Origin: a virus
Taxonomy: Duplodnaviria; Caudoviricetes
IMG/VR virus record: IMGVR_UViG_3300032304_000877
Location: 1 to 46,822 of that record
Reading direction: 5' to 3' (one strand)
DNA length: 46,822 bases
Under the pieces are notes generated by a model. It had not been told where the DNA came from, did no database searches, and saw nothing but the letters and a program-made list of their open reading frames with translations. Shown here piece after piece: positions 34,034 through 42,479 of this stretch; the first letter of the stretch is position 1; each line of letters begins with the position of its first letter. The position numbers were made by a program, and so were the translations under genes.

Positions 34034-35231
34034 ACTGTTCTATATGGGGTTGGAGAGCTACGAAGCTCGCTACACTCTACAACTTACAGAATGGAATCGT
34101 AGAGTGTTTGATCGTCGTGGCCTGGATGTAGTTTATGTGCCAGGGGCCACTATCGACAACACACAAAGTATTAGTGTAGGCCAGGTGTTAGACGCACATG
34201 GTCGCAGTTATTTTTCAATGAGTCAGATAATGAATCTGGTCCAGATGATGCGTAATGGTGATGTAACCAATGAAGATGTTATCTACTTTGAAGACATGTT
34301 TCAACCCGGTATTGAGAGCTTGCCTTACATTATGGATCAAGTGCCTGATTCTCAGCGTCCTCGTGTTTATGTACGCTGTCTTGCTCAGGCCATTGATCCG
34401 GATGACTTTGTTCATGTATGGGGTATGGCTCGGTGGATGGACCTGTACGAAAAGATGGTTAACGAATTTGTAACCGGTGTGTTAGCCACCAATGAAGAGA
34501 TGGTTGCTCACATGCGTATTGCTGGCTGGACTGCTCCGATCTACAACATTAGTGGATTAGCATTTGGTAAGGCAGAAGTGTTGGAACGTATTGGCGGTGC
34601 CGGTAATATCAAGCCTTTTGCTGATCGTAAACGGCGTGTGGGCTTTGCTGCCCGCTTTGATCAAGAAAAACAACCAGGTTTCTTTATGGACTTGATCGAA
34701 ATGTATCACGCTCAAGGTCGACACCGAGATATCGAGTTTGCTGTGTTCCAGGGTGGACCATTGCGTAGCAACAATCCTGAATATATTGCCCGTGCCCGTC
34801 AGTTGGAGTCTGAAGGTAAACTTGTAATTTATGAAGATCTAAAGAAAAATGATTACTATTCTCTCGTTAATGACAGTCGTGTGTTGTTTAATTGCGCCCT
34901 TCAAGATTGGGTTTCCAACACAGTCAGTGAAGCAGATACTCTTGGGTGTAACGTTTTATACCCTGCTTATCGTAGTTTCCCTGAAACTTTTGCTGATGAC
35001 CCTAATCGGTTATACGTTCCTTGGTCAATAGATGATGCTTATCACAAGTTGGAAAACTTGTTGCAAGCGCCACATCATAACATGGGATTGATCAGTGACT
35101 GGACTGATGGTACTGTAGATCGCATTGTGGATATCTTGGAAGGCTCTGGTGAACAATGGAATCGTGCTGGCAATCGTTATCGTGATCATGTGAGCCAGGC
35201 CAAATATCATGTAAGAAAGATCGAAGAATGA
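34026..35231 (+). CDS. GT-B-fold glycosyltransferase (start revised to GTG 34026, VRKLFYMGLE)
   Basis: ARFDQEKQP and QDWVSNTVSEADTLGC (D/E-x7-E-like) plus FPE motifs; AGGA 7 nt before the GTG. Confidence 0.75.
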   Translation: MRKLFYMGLESYEARYTLQLTEWNRRVFDRRGLDVVYVPGATIDNTQSISVGQVLDAHGRSYFSMSQIMNLVQMMRNGDVTNEDVIYFEDMFQPGIESLPYIMDQVPDSQRPRVYVRCLAQAIDPDDFVHVWGMARWMDLYEKMVNEFVTGVLATNEEMVAHMRIAGWTAPIYNISGLAFGKAEVLERIGGAGNIKPFADRKRRVGFAARFDQEKQPGFFMDLIEMYHAQGRHRDIEFAVFQGGPLRSNNPEYIARARQLESEGKLVIYEDLKKNDYYSLVNDSRVLFNCALQDWVSNTVSEADTLGCNVLYPAYRSFPETFADDPNRLYVPWSIDDAYHKLENLLQAPHHNMGLISDWTDGTVDRIVDILEGSGEQWNRAGNRYRDHVSQAKYHVRKIEE

Positions 35232-36178
35232 AAGTAGTAGTTACTGGCGCCGCAGGATACATTGGCGGAGAAACCTTAATCAAGTTGGTCGATGCCGGGC
35301 ATGATGTGTTGGCTATAGATCGTGTGATACCACCAGGTAATTTAATTTCAGTTCCTTGCCAATGGCACACTGGTGATTTTGCCAGTGAACTAGGAATAGA
35401 CGCTATCAAGCTGTTTTGTCCTGATGCTATCGTTCATTGTGCAGGTACCAGTTTGGTTGGTCCTAGCCTAGAGAATCCAGAAGAATACTACAATAATAAC
35501 TTTATTAAAACTAAAATTCTATTAGACTATTTGGTTAAGAATCATGATAAAAAGGTTAGATTTATTTTTAGTTCAAGTGCCGCAACCTACGGTAATCCTA
35601 TCATGACTCCAGTTCAAGAAGTAGATCCTACTGAACCTATCAGTCCATATGGCCAAAGCAAGTTGATGATTGATTGGATGTTACAGAGCTATCAACAGGC
35701 ATACGGATTAGACTTTGTATCATTCCGTTACTTTAATGCCTGCGGTGCCGATAGCCAAGCCCGACACGGACAGGCACCAGGGGCTACTCATATCATTGCT
35801 CGGGTGCTGGAGTCAGTCAAAAATAACACTGACTTTACTTTGTATGGCAACGACTATCCTACCGAAGACGGTACCTGTATTCGAGATTATATTCACGTAG
35901 AAGACCTTGCCGAAGCACATATTGTAGCAATAGATCAATCTGTTCCTAGTGACATTTATAATCTTGGGACCACCGCTGGCAATAGTAATCTTGCAGTTGT
36001 ACAACTAGCTTCGCAGATAGTTGGCCAAGATATTCCGGTACTACACGCACCTCAGCGCAAAGGTGATCCTGCTGTCCTTACTGCCGATGCTGGTAAATTT
36101 ATGAATGTAAGTGGGTGGAAACCTAAGTTTGATTTAGAAGATATGATTACTCATGCCTGGGCATGGTACAATACATGA
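35228..36178 (+). CDS. galE: UDP-glucose 4-epimerase (GalE-like extended SDR)
   Basis: TGAAGYIG, FSSSAATYG, YGQSK, RYFNACGA, DGTCIRDYIHVEDLA and RKGDP motifs. Confidence 0.9.
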   Translation: MKVVVTGAAGYIGGETLIKLVDAGHDVLAIDRVIPPGNLISVPCQWHTGDFASELGIDAIKLFCPDAIVHCAGTSLVGPSLENPEEYYNNNFIKTKILLDYLVKNHDKKVRFIFSSSAATYGNPIMTPVQEVDPTEPISPYGQSKLMIDWMLQSYQQAYGLDFVSFRYFNACGADSQARHGQAPGATHIIARVLESVKNNTDFTLYGNDYPTEDGTCIRDYIHVEDLAEAHIVAIDQSVPSDIYNLGTTAGNSNLAVVQLASQIVGQDIPVLHAPQRKGDPAVLTADAGKFMNVSGWKPKFDLEDMITHAWAWYNT

Positions 36179-36753
36179 GCTTCAAGGCTTTATTTGATTT
36201 TGAATCAACCTTGGCAGAATATACGGGTGCACCGTATGTGGTCTTAACCGACGGTTGTACACATGCTATTGAATTGTGTATGCGGTATGATCAAGTTAAA
36301 CGTACTCAATTTTCTGCTTATACCTATCTCAGCGTTCCTATGTTAATGCATCACTTGGGTATTGAATGCAAAATGATCACTGAAAAATGGACTGGTGAGT
36401 ATCAATTCTACGGCACTAGAATTTGGGACAGTGCTCGTAGATTAGAACGCAATATGTATCGTCCAGGAACCATGCAATGCTTGAGTTTTGGTTGGACCAA
36501 ACCATTACAACTAGGTAAAGTAGGTGCCATCCTACTAGACGATTATAAAGCATACAAACTGTTTAGTCGCCAACGTGCAGATGGTAGAGATTTAAATGTG
36601 CCATGGGAAACTGAAACAGAATTAATTTTAGGGTATCATTATTGTCCCACACTTGAGTTGTGCGTAAAAGGATTAGAATTATTACCCACAATAGAACCAA
36701 AATCACAACCCGGAGTTTATCCTGATTGCAGAAATATTCCAATCAATACTTGA
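36175..36753 (+). CDS. short DegT/DnrJ/EryC1/StrS-family PLP aminotransferase-like protein (start revised to ATG 36175)
   Basis: FESTLAEYTGA..V...CTHAI, IWDSA and SFGWTKPL..GKVGAIL motifs; only about 190 aa. Confidence 0.7.
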   Translation: MSFKALFDFESTLAEYTGAPYVVLTDGCTHAIELCMRYDQVKRTQFSAYTYLSVPMLMHHLGIECKMITEKWTGEYQFYGTRIWDSARRLERNMYRPGTMQCLSFGWTKPLQLGKVGAILLDDYKAYKLFSRQRADGRDLNVPWETETELILGYHYCPTLELCVKGLELLPTIEPKSQPGVYPDCRNIPINT

Positions 36754-36778
36754 TAAAAATCTAAATAACTGTTACAAT
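36750..36778 (+). promoter_or_regulatory. sigma70-type promoter with nested TAAATA late core
   Basis: TTGATA-17-TACAAT with extended TG; TAAATA at 36762-36767. Confidence 0.65.
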
Positions 36779-36822
36779 AGCAACAAGACTGGTCATCCTC
36801 GACCCTAACTCGGAGAACACAA

Positions 36823-37671
36823 TTGACAACATTTACAAGCGAAGATCTTAAAAACGCAATGAAAGATAACCCCAGCCAAGAAACATTTGACGCATTAAAA
36901 CAAAGCCAAATAGTGGCCGAAGCTCCATACCATCCCGGTTACGAAGATGCTGTAATGCACATAAGCGATAAAGGCTACGAAGAAAAGAACCTAGCAGAGG
37001 CTATCCGCTTTAACATGAAGCGTGACAAGAAACGTTTCTGGGCCGGCGATAATATCAGCGACTACTTGCACGAAGGTGACAAGGAAATACTGATTGACGA
37101 AGCTACAGAAGCTTTTGAACGGGTATTAGACGCCTTATTAATTGATCGTGAGAACGATCCTAATTCAAAAGGCACAGCACGTCGTCTTGCTAAAATGTAT
37201 TTTAACGAAATTATGGGAGGTCGATATGATCCAGCACCAGATGCAACAGCTTTTCCAAATGATTCAGCGGATAGATACGAAGGCATGCTTGTTGTTCGTA
37301 GCGAACTGCGTTCTATGTGTAGTCATCATCATCAGCCTGTGTCTGGTGTCGCTTACATCGGAATCATCGCCGCTAATAAACTTATTGGCCTGTCTAAATA
37401 TACTAGGATCGCTCAGTGGTGTGCTCGTCGTGGCACACTTCAAGAAGAACTATGTAACGACATCGCAAGAGAAATAATGCGAGCCACAGACAGTGAAAAT
37501 GTAGCTGTGTATATTCAAGCCACTCACGGATGCTGTGAGAATCGTGGCATTATGGCACATTCAAGCCTAACGCAGACCACAGTACTCAAAGGTGCATTCT
37601 TGACTGACCCAGGAACAAAGAAAGAGTTCATGGACAATATAAAACTACAACAAGAGTTTGCCCCAAGATAA
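36823..37671 (+). CDS. folE: GTP cyclohydrolase I
   Basis: TARRLAKMY, SMCSHH, IGLSKYTR, LQEEL and HGCCENRG motifs; TTG start with SD GGAG; N-terminal extension. Confidence 0.92.
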   Translation: MTTFTSEDLKNAMKDNPSQETFDALKQSQIVAEAPYHPGYEDAVMHISDKGYEEKNLAEAIRFNMKRDKKRFWAGDNISDYLHEGDKEILIDEATEAFERVLDALLIDRENDPNSKGTARRLAKMYFNEIMGGRYDPAPDATAFPNDSADRYEGMLVVRSELRSMCSHHHQPVSGVAYIGIIAANKLIGLSKYTRIAQWCARRGTLQEELCNDIAREIMRATDSENVAVYIQATHGCCENRGIMAHSSLTQTTVLKGAFLTDPGTKKEFMDNIKLQQEFAPR

Positions 37672-37684
37672 TTGAGGAATAAAA

Positions 37685-38068
37685 ATGTTTGGACTATTAA
37701 AAATGCTGTACTACGTGTTACGTGAGTTTCCCCGACTCTTGGACATACGGGCCAACAGTTTGCGCAACGTGCCGGATCCTTCCAAGTACTTGGCTATGAT
37801 CATGCTGAGTTTGTTTTGGTGTTTGGCATTTGGTATCTATGCAGGCGAATTGTTTTACATTGGCTACAACATGATAGGACACGTTGCAGTGGTCACCATG
37901 TGTTTTGTGACATGGTGGACTTTCCGTAACTATCGCCTTAACACTCCGCCAGTTAGACGACAAGATTGGCTACGCATGCCAGATCGTTCCAGTCGGTGTG
38001 ATGAACTGACCGATGAGGAGCGACAACAGGCTGTTGCTCGTGCTGACCAATTGCTGTTAAAAAAATAA
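37685..38068 (+). CDS. membrane protein (two predicted TM helices)
   Basis: Hydrophobic stretches YLAMIMLSLFWCLAFGIY and IGHVAVVTMCFVTWWTF; SD GAGG. Confidence 0.7.
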   Translation: MFGLLKMLYYVLREFPRLLDIRANSLRNVPDPSKYLAMIMLSLFWCLAFGIYAGELFYIGYNMIGHVAVVTMCFVTWWTFRNYRLNTPPVRRQDWLRMPDRSSRCDELTDEERQQAVARADQLLLKK

Positions 38069-38086
38069 CTAATCCCAAAGGAACCC

Positions 38087-38200
38087 ATGGAAATTACACA
38101 AAACATGTTGGCATTTATATTTACGGGTACTGCTGTTGCTACCTTGTTGATCATTATCATATTCAGCAGATGGCCTGCCAAGAAAGATCACAATGATTAA
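38087..38200 (+). CDS. small single-TM protein (37 aa), not in ORF track
   Basis: SD AAGGA; MEITQNMLAFIFTGTAVATLLIIIIFSRWPAKKDHND. Confidence 0.6.
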   Translation: MEITQNMLAFIFTGTAVATLLIIIIFSRWPAKKDHND

Positions 38201-38375
38201 ACGATTCCGCATATGGTTGGCCCGTAAGATCCTGGGCGATTACTGTCCCTGCTATCAGATGGGCTATCACACAATGGTAGACTTTCAACAACGTAGCGCA
38301 AACGCATTAGCAAAACACAAAGAAAGAAAGGCAAACAATGAACGACCTACACATCCTAGCCAACCGGGCTATTGA
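38193..38375 (+). CDS. small hypothetical protein
   Basis: 60-aa ORF overlapping both neighbours. Confidence 0.5.
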   Translation: MIKRFRIWLARKILGDYCPCYQMGYHTMVDFQQRSANALAKHKERKANNERPTHPSQPGY

Positions 38376-38562
38376 CCGAGCAAAAAATCTACAAGAGTTT
38401 TTAGTATTCCGCAACATGGAAGATATTGTGTTTGATGGTAATCCTATTCCCTACACAATGTCACACACAATGGGCGGCCCAGTGGAGCTCTTGGTTCCTG
38501 CTATCAGCCAAACCGAAGCCGAAACCCGTGTCGACGAGTGGCTCAAAGGTCAACGAGCCTAA
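38338..38562 (+). CDS. small hypothetical protein
   Basis: 74 aa; AAGG upstream. Confidence 0.6.
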   Translation: MNDLHILANRAIDRAKNLQEFLVFRNMEDIVFDGNPIPYTMSHTMGGPVELLVPAISQTEAETRVDEWLKGQRA

Positions 38563-38595
38563 TAATTCTGTTGTAAAAAAGCCACACTCGACAGT

Positions 38596-38625
38596 TTGAC
38601 ACAAAATGGCGGTTTTTGCTATAAT
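38596..38625 (+). promoter_or_regulatory. consensus sigma70 (early) promoter
   Basis: TTGACA-18-TATAAT with extended TG at 38617-38618. Confidence 0.8.
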
Positions 38626-38654
38626 AGTAGCATATCGTAAATTTTGGAGCAAAT

Positions 38655-41174
38655 ATGCGTAAGGTACGGGTGTTTAATCGAAATGCTATAGCTATAGCAG
38701 TATCTACCGTTTTCCTACTGTCGGCCTGTGCTGGTGGTGGCGGAGGTGGTGGTGGCGGAGGTGGAAGCCCTTACCCCACTCCCAATCCTTATCTAAGAAC
38801 TGAAGTTCCTTATGCTACTCCGGTACGAGTTGCCACGGTAGACCCATTGGCCAATGTGAATGCCAGCACTGGATACAAATACGCAGTTACAGATACCTTT
38901 GCGGCTGACATACAAGGCACCGGTGGCCAAGATGTGATCATAGCCGGTCGTATGACACAACCCACTGTTGATCCAGAATGGGGCAACAACAAAATACACA
39001 TGTTGGGGTGGGAAAACGGCACCTTGGTAGACAAAACAGCACAGTGGTTTCCAGGTGGTATTAACGAAATCAAGGGCACTGAACCCAGTGTAAAATTTGC
39101 AGACTTTTTTAAAACTGGTAGACAAGACATGTTTGTGGCTCCAAGTACAGACTCTACCAATCTTGGGCCTGGCTATTTGTTTACCAATCAAGGCAACCAG
39201 TTCAGTAGACAAAGTTTTAATTTGAACATATGGTCACACGATTCAGCCATTGCCGACCTTGATGGCGACACCTTCAAGGACGTGTTGCTCACAGACTATG
39301 GCCCCAATACCACCATGTTGATCAACAACCGTGTGAATAGTTTTACAGCACTTACAGACAGTCGGGGGGCGGCAGGCGATCTACGTTGGGGCGGCAGTGC
39401 TGTGGCTGTAGCAGATTTTTTGGGCAACGGACAAAATCAGTTGATCATTACCGACAATGCCTGTAACACGGCCAATGCGGGCTGTATTGGGATCAGCTCA
39501 ACAAAAATGTACAACTGGACAGTAGACCCTGCGGCCAACAACTTGCAGTTTAATTTCCACAGCGAACTACCCAAGCCCAGATTTGACCTGCCCAAGTGGG
39601 CTGGCTACGGATTTGCTGGCAGCCACACTGTGCGAGCCGCGGCGCACGACTTTAACGATGATGGCAGGCCTGATGCAATTTTGTTCAGCATGCCCAAGGC
39701 TGCCAATCCCACACAAGATACCAAATATAGTGAAATACAGTTCCTGGCCAATCAGGGCGCCGGTACCTTTACCGATGTAACCGACTCTACTTTGATTGGT
39801 TACAACAACCGAACCTATGTAACCTACAATCCCAAATTTATAGATCTCAACGGTGACGGCAAAATAGACATTTTGGTGTCAGGTACAGATTATACCGGAA
39901 AAAATGACAGCACACAGTTCTTGCTCAAAAGCAGTGATGGCAAATATGTGGCCGCGCACCAAAATATCTTGACCGATTTTGCCACACAGGTCAATACCAT
40001 ACAAAATAACACCAACTCAGGCAACACCGTTAACTTGTTAAAAGGGCCCGACGGGAAACTATATTTGCTGAGTGCCGTGAGCTTTATGAATGGCAACGAC
40101 CGACAATTGGCTGTGTACATGAGCCCAATGGGCAGTCAAACTACACTAACAGCACAAATGGCCGTTGACCTTGTGCGGCAAAAATGGCCGTATATGACAG
40201 TACCGCAGGCCAACGAAGCACTAGCACGCACGGCCGCTTCCTATTTTGGTGGCAAGATGCTCGATCTGGATGCCTTGTTAAATCCCATTGGCAGTTTGAA
40301 CTTGCCAACTATGCGGGGACTGCAACCTATACAGGGCTTTATTGCTGGCGTGAACCTAGACAATGGACAGGTAGTGGGCGTTGATGATTTGAATCGTAGT
40401 TTTGGTATCAACATCAAAGGTATGAATGTGTCAAGAATGAACATGTTTACCATGAACATGGAACACAACGATTCGCACGAGATCACATCACATGCCGAAT
40501 ACTTGGTAGCCGGTCCCAAATATACAGCGGGACCAGTGCGAGTAGGAACCGAAGATCGCAACAACTACAACGGGCACGGTGGTGGCGGAGATCCTACCAT
40601 GCTTGGTCGACAATTTACCAACTACACTGTAGGGTTGCCCAATGTTTGGCGTCGTGGAGGTCTTAGCATTGGTACACAATACACAACACTGAATCAAAAT
40701 CCCTGGGTCAGCATAGGCGGTGCCTGGGGCAGTGTAACCAATTCACAGATCATGGACAATGTGGTCACCTATCGTAACAATGGATTCAGCGTGCAGGGAA
40801 GTTTGATGTATGTGACCACCAGCGTACAACCTGGCCTGGTTACCAATATTCGTCCAGCCACAGGAGGATGGGCTGAAACTGGTTATAGATATACCAACTG
40901 GGATAAACGGCACGGAGACATGGGTGTGTATTTTGGTGTCAAACCAGTGGTGTTTTCCGGTAGCGTAGAAGCCAACTTGCCCACATCTATTGACAATTCT
41001 GGCAACACAGTTTATACTCGTAAAACAATGAGCATACAAAATCAAACAACTACCTACATACGAGCGTTGTATACCAACCGCATTAACAAACAAGCACAGT
41101 ATAGAATCAGTGGCATGTTGTTAGACAATGGACAGTATCGTGTGATGAACGAAATTAGATGGTGGTTAAACTAA
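38655..41174 (+). CDS. lipoprotein with FG-GAP/VCBS repeats and a possible C-terminal beta-barrel
   Basis: Signal peptide with lipobox LSAC, poly-Gly linker, repeats DLDGD, DFLGNG, DFNDDGRPD and DLNGDGKID; amphipathic beta-strand C-terminus ending IRWWLN. Confidence 0.75.
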   Translation: MRKVRVFNRNAIAIAVSTVFLLSACAGGGGGGGGGGGSPYPTPNPYLRTEVPYATPVRVATVDPLANVNASTGYKYAVTDTFAADIQGTGGQDVIIAGRMTQPTVDPEWGNNKIHMLGWENGTLVDKTAQWFPGGINEIKGTEPSVKFADFFKTGRQDMFVAPSTDSTNLGPGYLFTNQGNQFSRQSFNLNIWSHDSAIADLDGDTFKDVLLTDYGPNTTMLINNRVNSFTALTDSRGAAGDLRWGGSAVAVADFLGNGQNQLIITDNACNTANAGCIGISSTKMYNWTVDPAANNLQFNFHSELPKPRFDLPKWAGYGFAGSHTVRAAAHDFNDDGRPDAILFSMPKAANPTQDTKYSEIQFLANQGAGTFTDVTDSTLIGYNNRTYVTYNPKFIDLNGDGKIDILVSGTDYTGKNDSTQFLLKSSDGKYVAAHQNILTDFATQVNTIQNNTNSGNTVNLLKGPDGKLYLLSAVSFMNGNDRQLAVYMSPMGSQTTLTAQMAVDLVRQKWPYMTVPQANEALARTAASYFGGKMLDLDALLNPIGSLNLPTMRGLQPIQGFIAGVNLDNGQVVGVDDLNRSFGINIKGMNVSRMNMFTMNMEHNDSHEITSHAEYLVAGPKYTAGPVRVGTEDRNNYNGHGGGGDPTMLGRQFTNYTVGLPNVWRRGGLSIGTQYTTLNQNPWVSIGGAWGSVTNSQIMDNVVTYRNNGFSVQGSLMYVTTSVQPGLVTNIRPATGGWAETGYRYTNWDKRHGDMGVYFGVKPVVFSGSVEANLPTSIDNSGNTVYTRKTMSIQNQTTTYIRALYTNRINKQAQYRISGMLLDNGQYRVMNEIRWWLN

Positions 41175-41542
41175 TGAAATTAACCGACGCACAACAACAA
41201 GGCATAGCACCCTGGGACAATGTAGTAGAAGTAAAATCTGATACAGTAGTCTTTCTGGATCGTTATCCCTGTACACCAGGTCACAGATTATATGTGCCCA
41301 AAGACAACGACAATGCTAACTGGATAGTCAGTGCTTTTGAAGATGCCTTGGCCGATGGCAACGCCATGGTTGTAGAAGGATTGTGTGATGGGTTTAATAT
41401 TGGTTATAACTCGGGTGAGTCCGCGGGCCAAACTGTAATGTATCCACATGTGCATCTTATTCCACGCAGGACCGGTGATGTAGAGGACCCAGTAGGCGGT
41501 GTACGAAATACAATACCGGGCAAAGGTAACTATAAAAAGTAA
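41174..41542 (+). CDS. HIT-family nucleotide hydrolase (start revised to ATG 41174)
   Basis: D.YP.TPGH.LYVPK, GFNIGYN.G.SAGQTV.YPHVHLIPR motifs. Confidence 0.9.
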   Translation: MKLTDAQQQGIAPWDNVVEVKSDTVVFLDRYPCTPGHRLYVPKDNDNANWIVSAFEDALADGNAMVVEGLCDGFNIGYNSGESAGQTVMYPHVHLIPRRTGDVEDPVGGVRNTIPGKGNYKK

Positions 41543-41567
41543 AAATTGCACCCAACATTTACCCTAT

Positions 41568-41575
41568 TATAAATA
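41568..41575 (+). promoter_or_regulatory. T4-type late promoter TATAAATA
   Basis: Exact T4 late consensus in the intergenic region upstream of 41597. Confidence 0.6.
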
Positions 41576-41596
41576 AATTATTCAGAAAGAAAAATC

Positions 41597-41821
41597 ATGA
41601 GCCAAAAACGAATCTTTGTATTAGAATTAAAAAATGATCAAGTCATCACACTTGAATTTTCACCAATTGACGCTACTGACAATCGTTTGTGGCAGATGTT
41701 TGCTACTACTGAGGCTCTTGATACTGTACAACAGTTAATTAGTGTTGGATCAACAGTCGAAACTAAATCGGCTAGAAAAACACTACCAGAAAAATCTGTA
41801 GTAACCAAAAAGAAAAAGTAA
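41597..41821 (+). CDS. small hypothetical protein with Lys-rich tail
   Basis: 74-aa ORF downstream of TATAAATA. Confidence 0.6.
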   Translation: MSQKRIFVLELKNDQVITLEFSPIDATDNRLWQMFATTEALDTVQQLISVGSTVETKSARKTLPEKSVVTKKKK

Positions 41822-41850
41822 TCAACCAGCGGTCTTTGGTGTCACCCCGC

Positions 41851-41879
41851 TTTACAAACTCTGCCACCTATGCTATAAT
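41851..41879 (+). promoter_or_regulatory. sigma70-type promoter overlapping an SD-sequestering hairpin upstream of queD
   Basis: TTTACA-17-TATAAT with extended TG; CCTATG (41867-41872) pairs with CATAGG (41884-41889). Confidence 0.55.
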
Positions 41880-41898
41880 CTAACATAGGAGAATTATA

Positions 41899-42438
41899 AT
41901 GGCAAAGTATCTTTCAACAAAAACTTACGGTAACGACCGCGGACTTTCATGCTGTTTTAGACAGTGGAGAAGTACACATAGTCACTGCTCATTACTACAC
42001 GGATACTCAATTGGTATCAAATTAATTTTTGAATCAGAAACACTAGATGATCGTAATTGGGTCATGGATTTTGGTGGTCTCAAGGCATTTAAGGAATGGT
42101 CAGAATACATGTTTGATCATACACTAGTTATTGCTCAAGACGATCCTCATCGTGCTATGTTTGAAAAAATGGCCGAACTCGGGTTACAAGAGCAAGGCGG
42201 AGTGTGTGATGTTCGCATTGTTGAGGGTGTAGGTTGCGAAAAGTTTGCTGAACTTGCTTACAACACCATGGAAAATATTCTCCGGGCGTTCCAAGCAGGT
42301 AACTCTTGGTTTCTTGTTTCCCAAGACGGTAATACTGTAAAAGAATTCAAGTGTCGGTATCCTGTTGGGCAAGGTGTGAAACTGCGTTCTGTAGAAGTAT
42401 TTGAACACAATGCAAACTCGGCAGTATACGAAGGCTAA
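41899..42438 (+). CDS. queD: 6-carboxy-5,6,7,8-tetrahydropterin synthase / PTPS-family protein
   Basis: HCSLLHGY, WVMDFGGLK, FDH, CEKFAE and VEVFE motifs; SD AGGAG. Confidence 0.75.
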   Translation: MAKYLSTKTYGNDRGLSCCFRQWRSTHSHCSLLHGYSIGIKLIFESETLDDRNWVMDFGGLKAFKEWSEYMFDHTLVIAQDDPHRAMFEKMAELGLQEQGGVCDVRIVEGVGCEKFAELAYNTMENILRAFQAGNSWFLVSQDGNTVKEFKCRYPVGQGVKLRSVEVFEHNANSAVYEG

Positions 42439-42464
42439 GATTTGTTTGCCCAATAAACGGCGTA

Positions 42465-42472
42465 TATAAATA
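42465..42472 (+). promoter_or_regulatory. T4-type late promoter TATAAATA
   Basis: Exact consensus 7 nt before ATG 42480; no SD. Confidence 0.65.
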
Positions 42473-42479
42473 TCTACCT

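Noticed and set aside
36788-36822. Canonical preQ1-I riboswitch
   Set aside because: No A-rich 3' tail or matching loop consensus; kept only as an unassigned candidate structure.
38732-38766. GGT/GGC/GGA tandem run as a DNA repeat element
   Set aside because: It encodes the poly-Gly linker after the lipobox Cys, with mixed codons.
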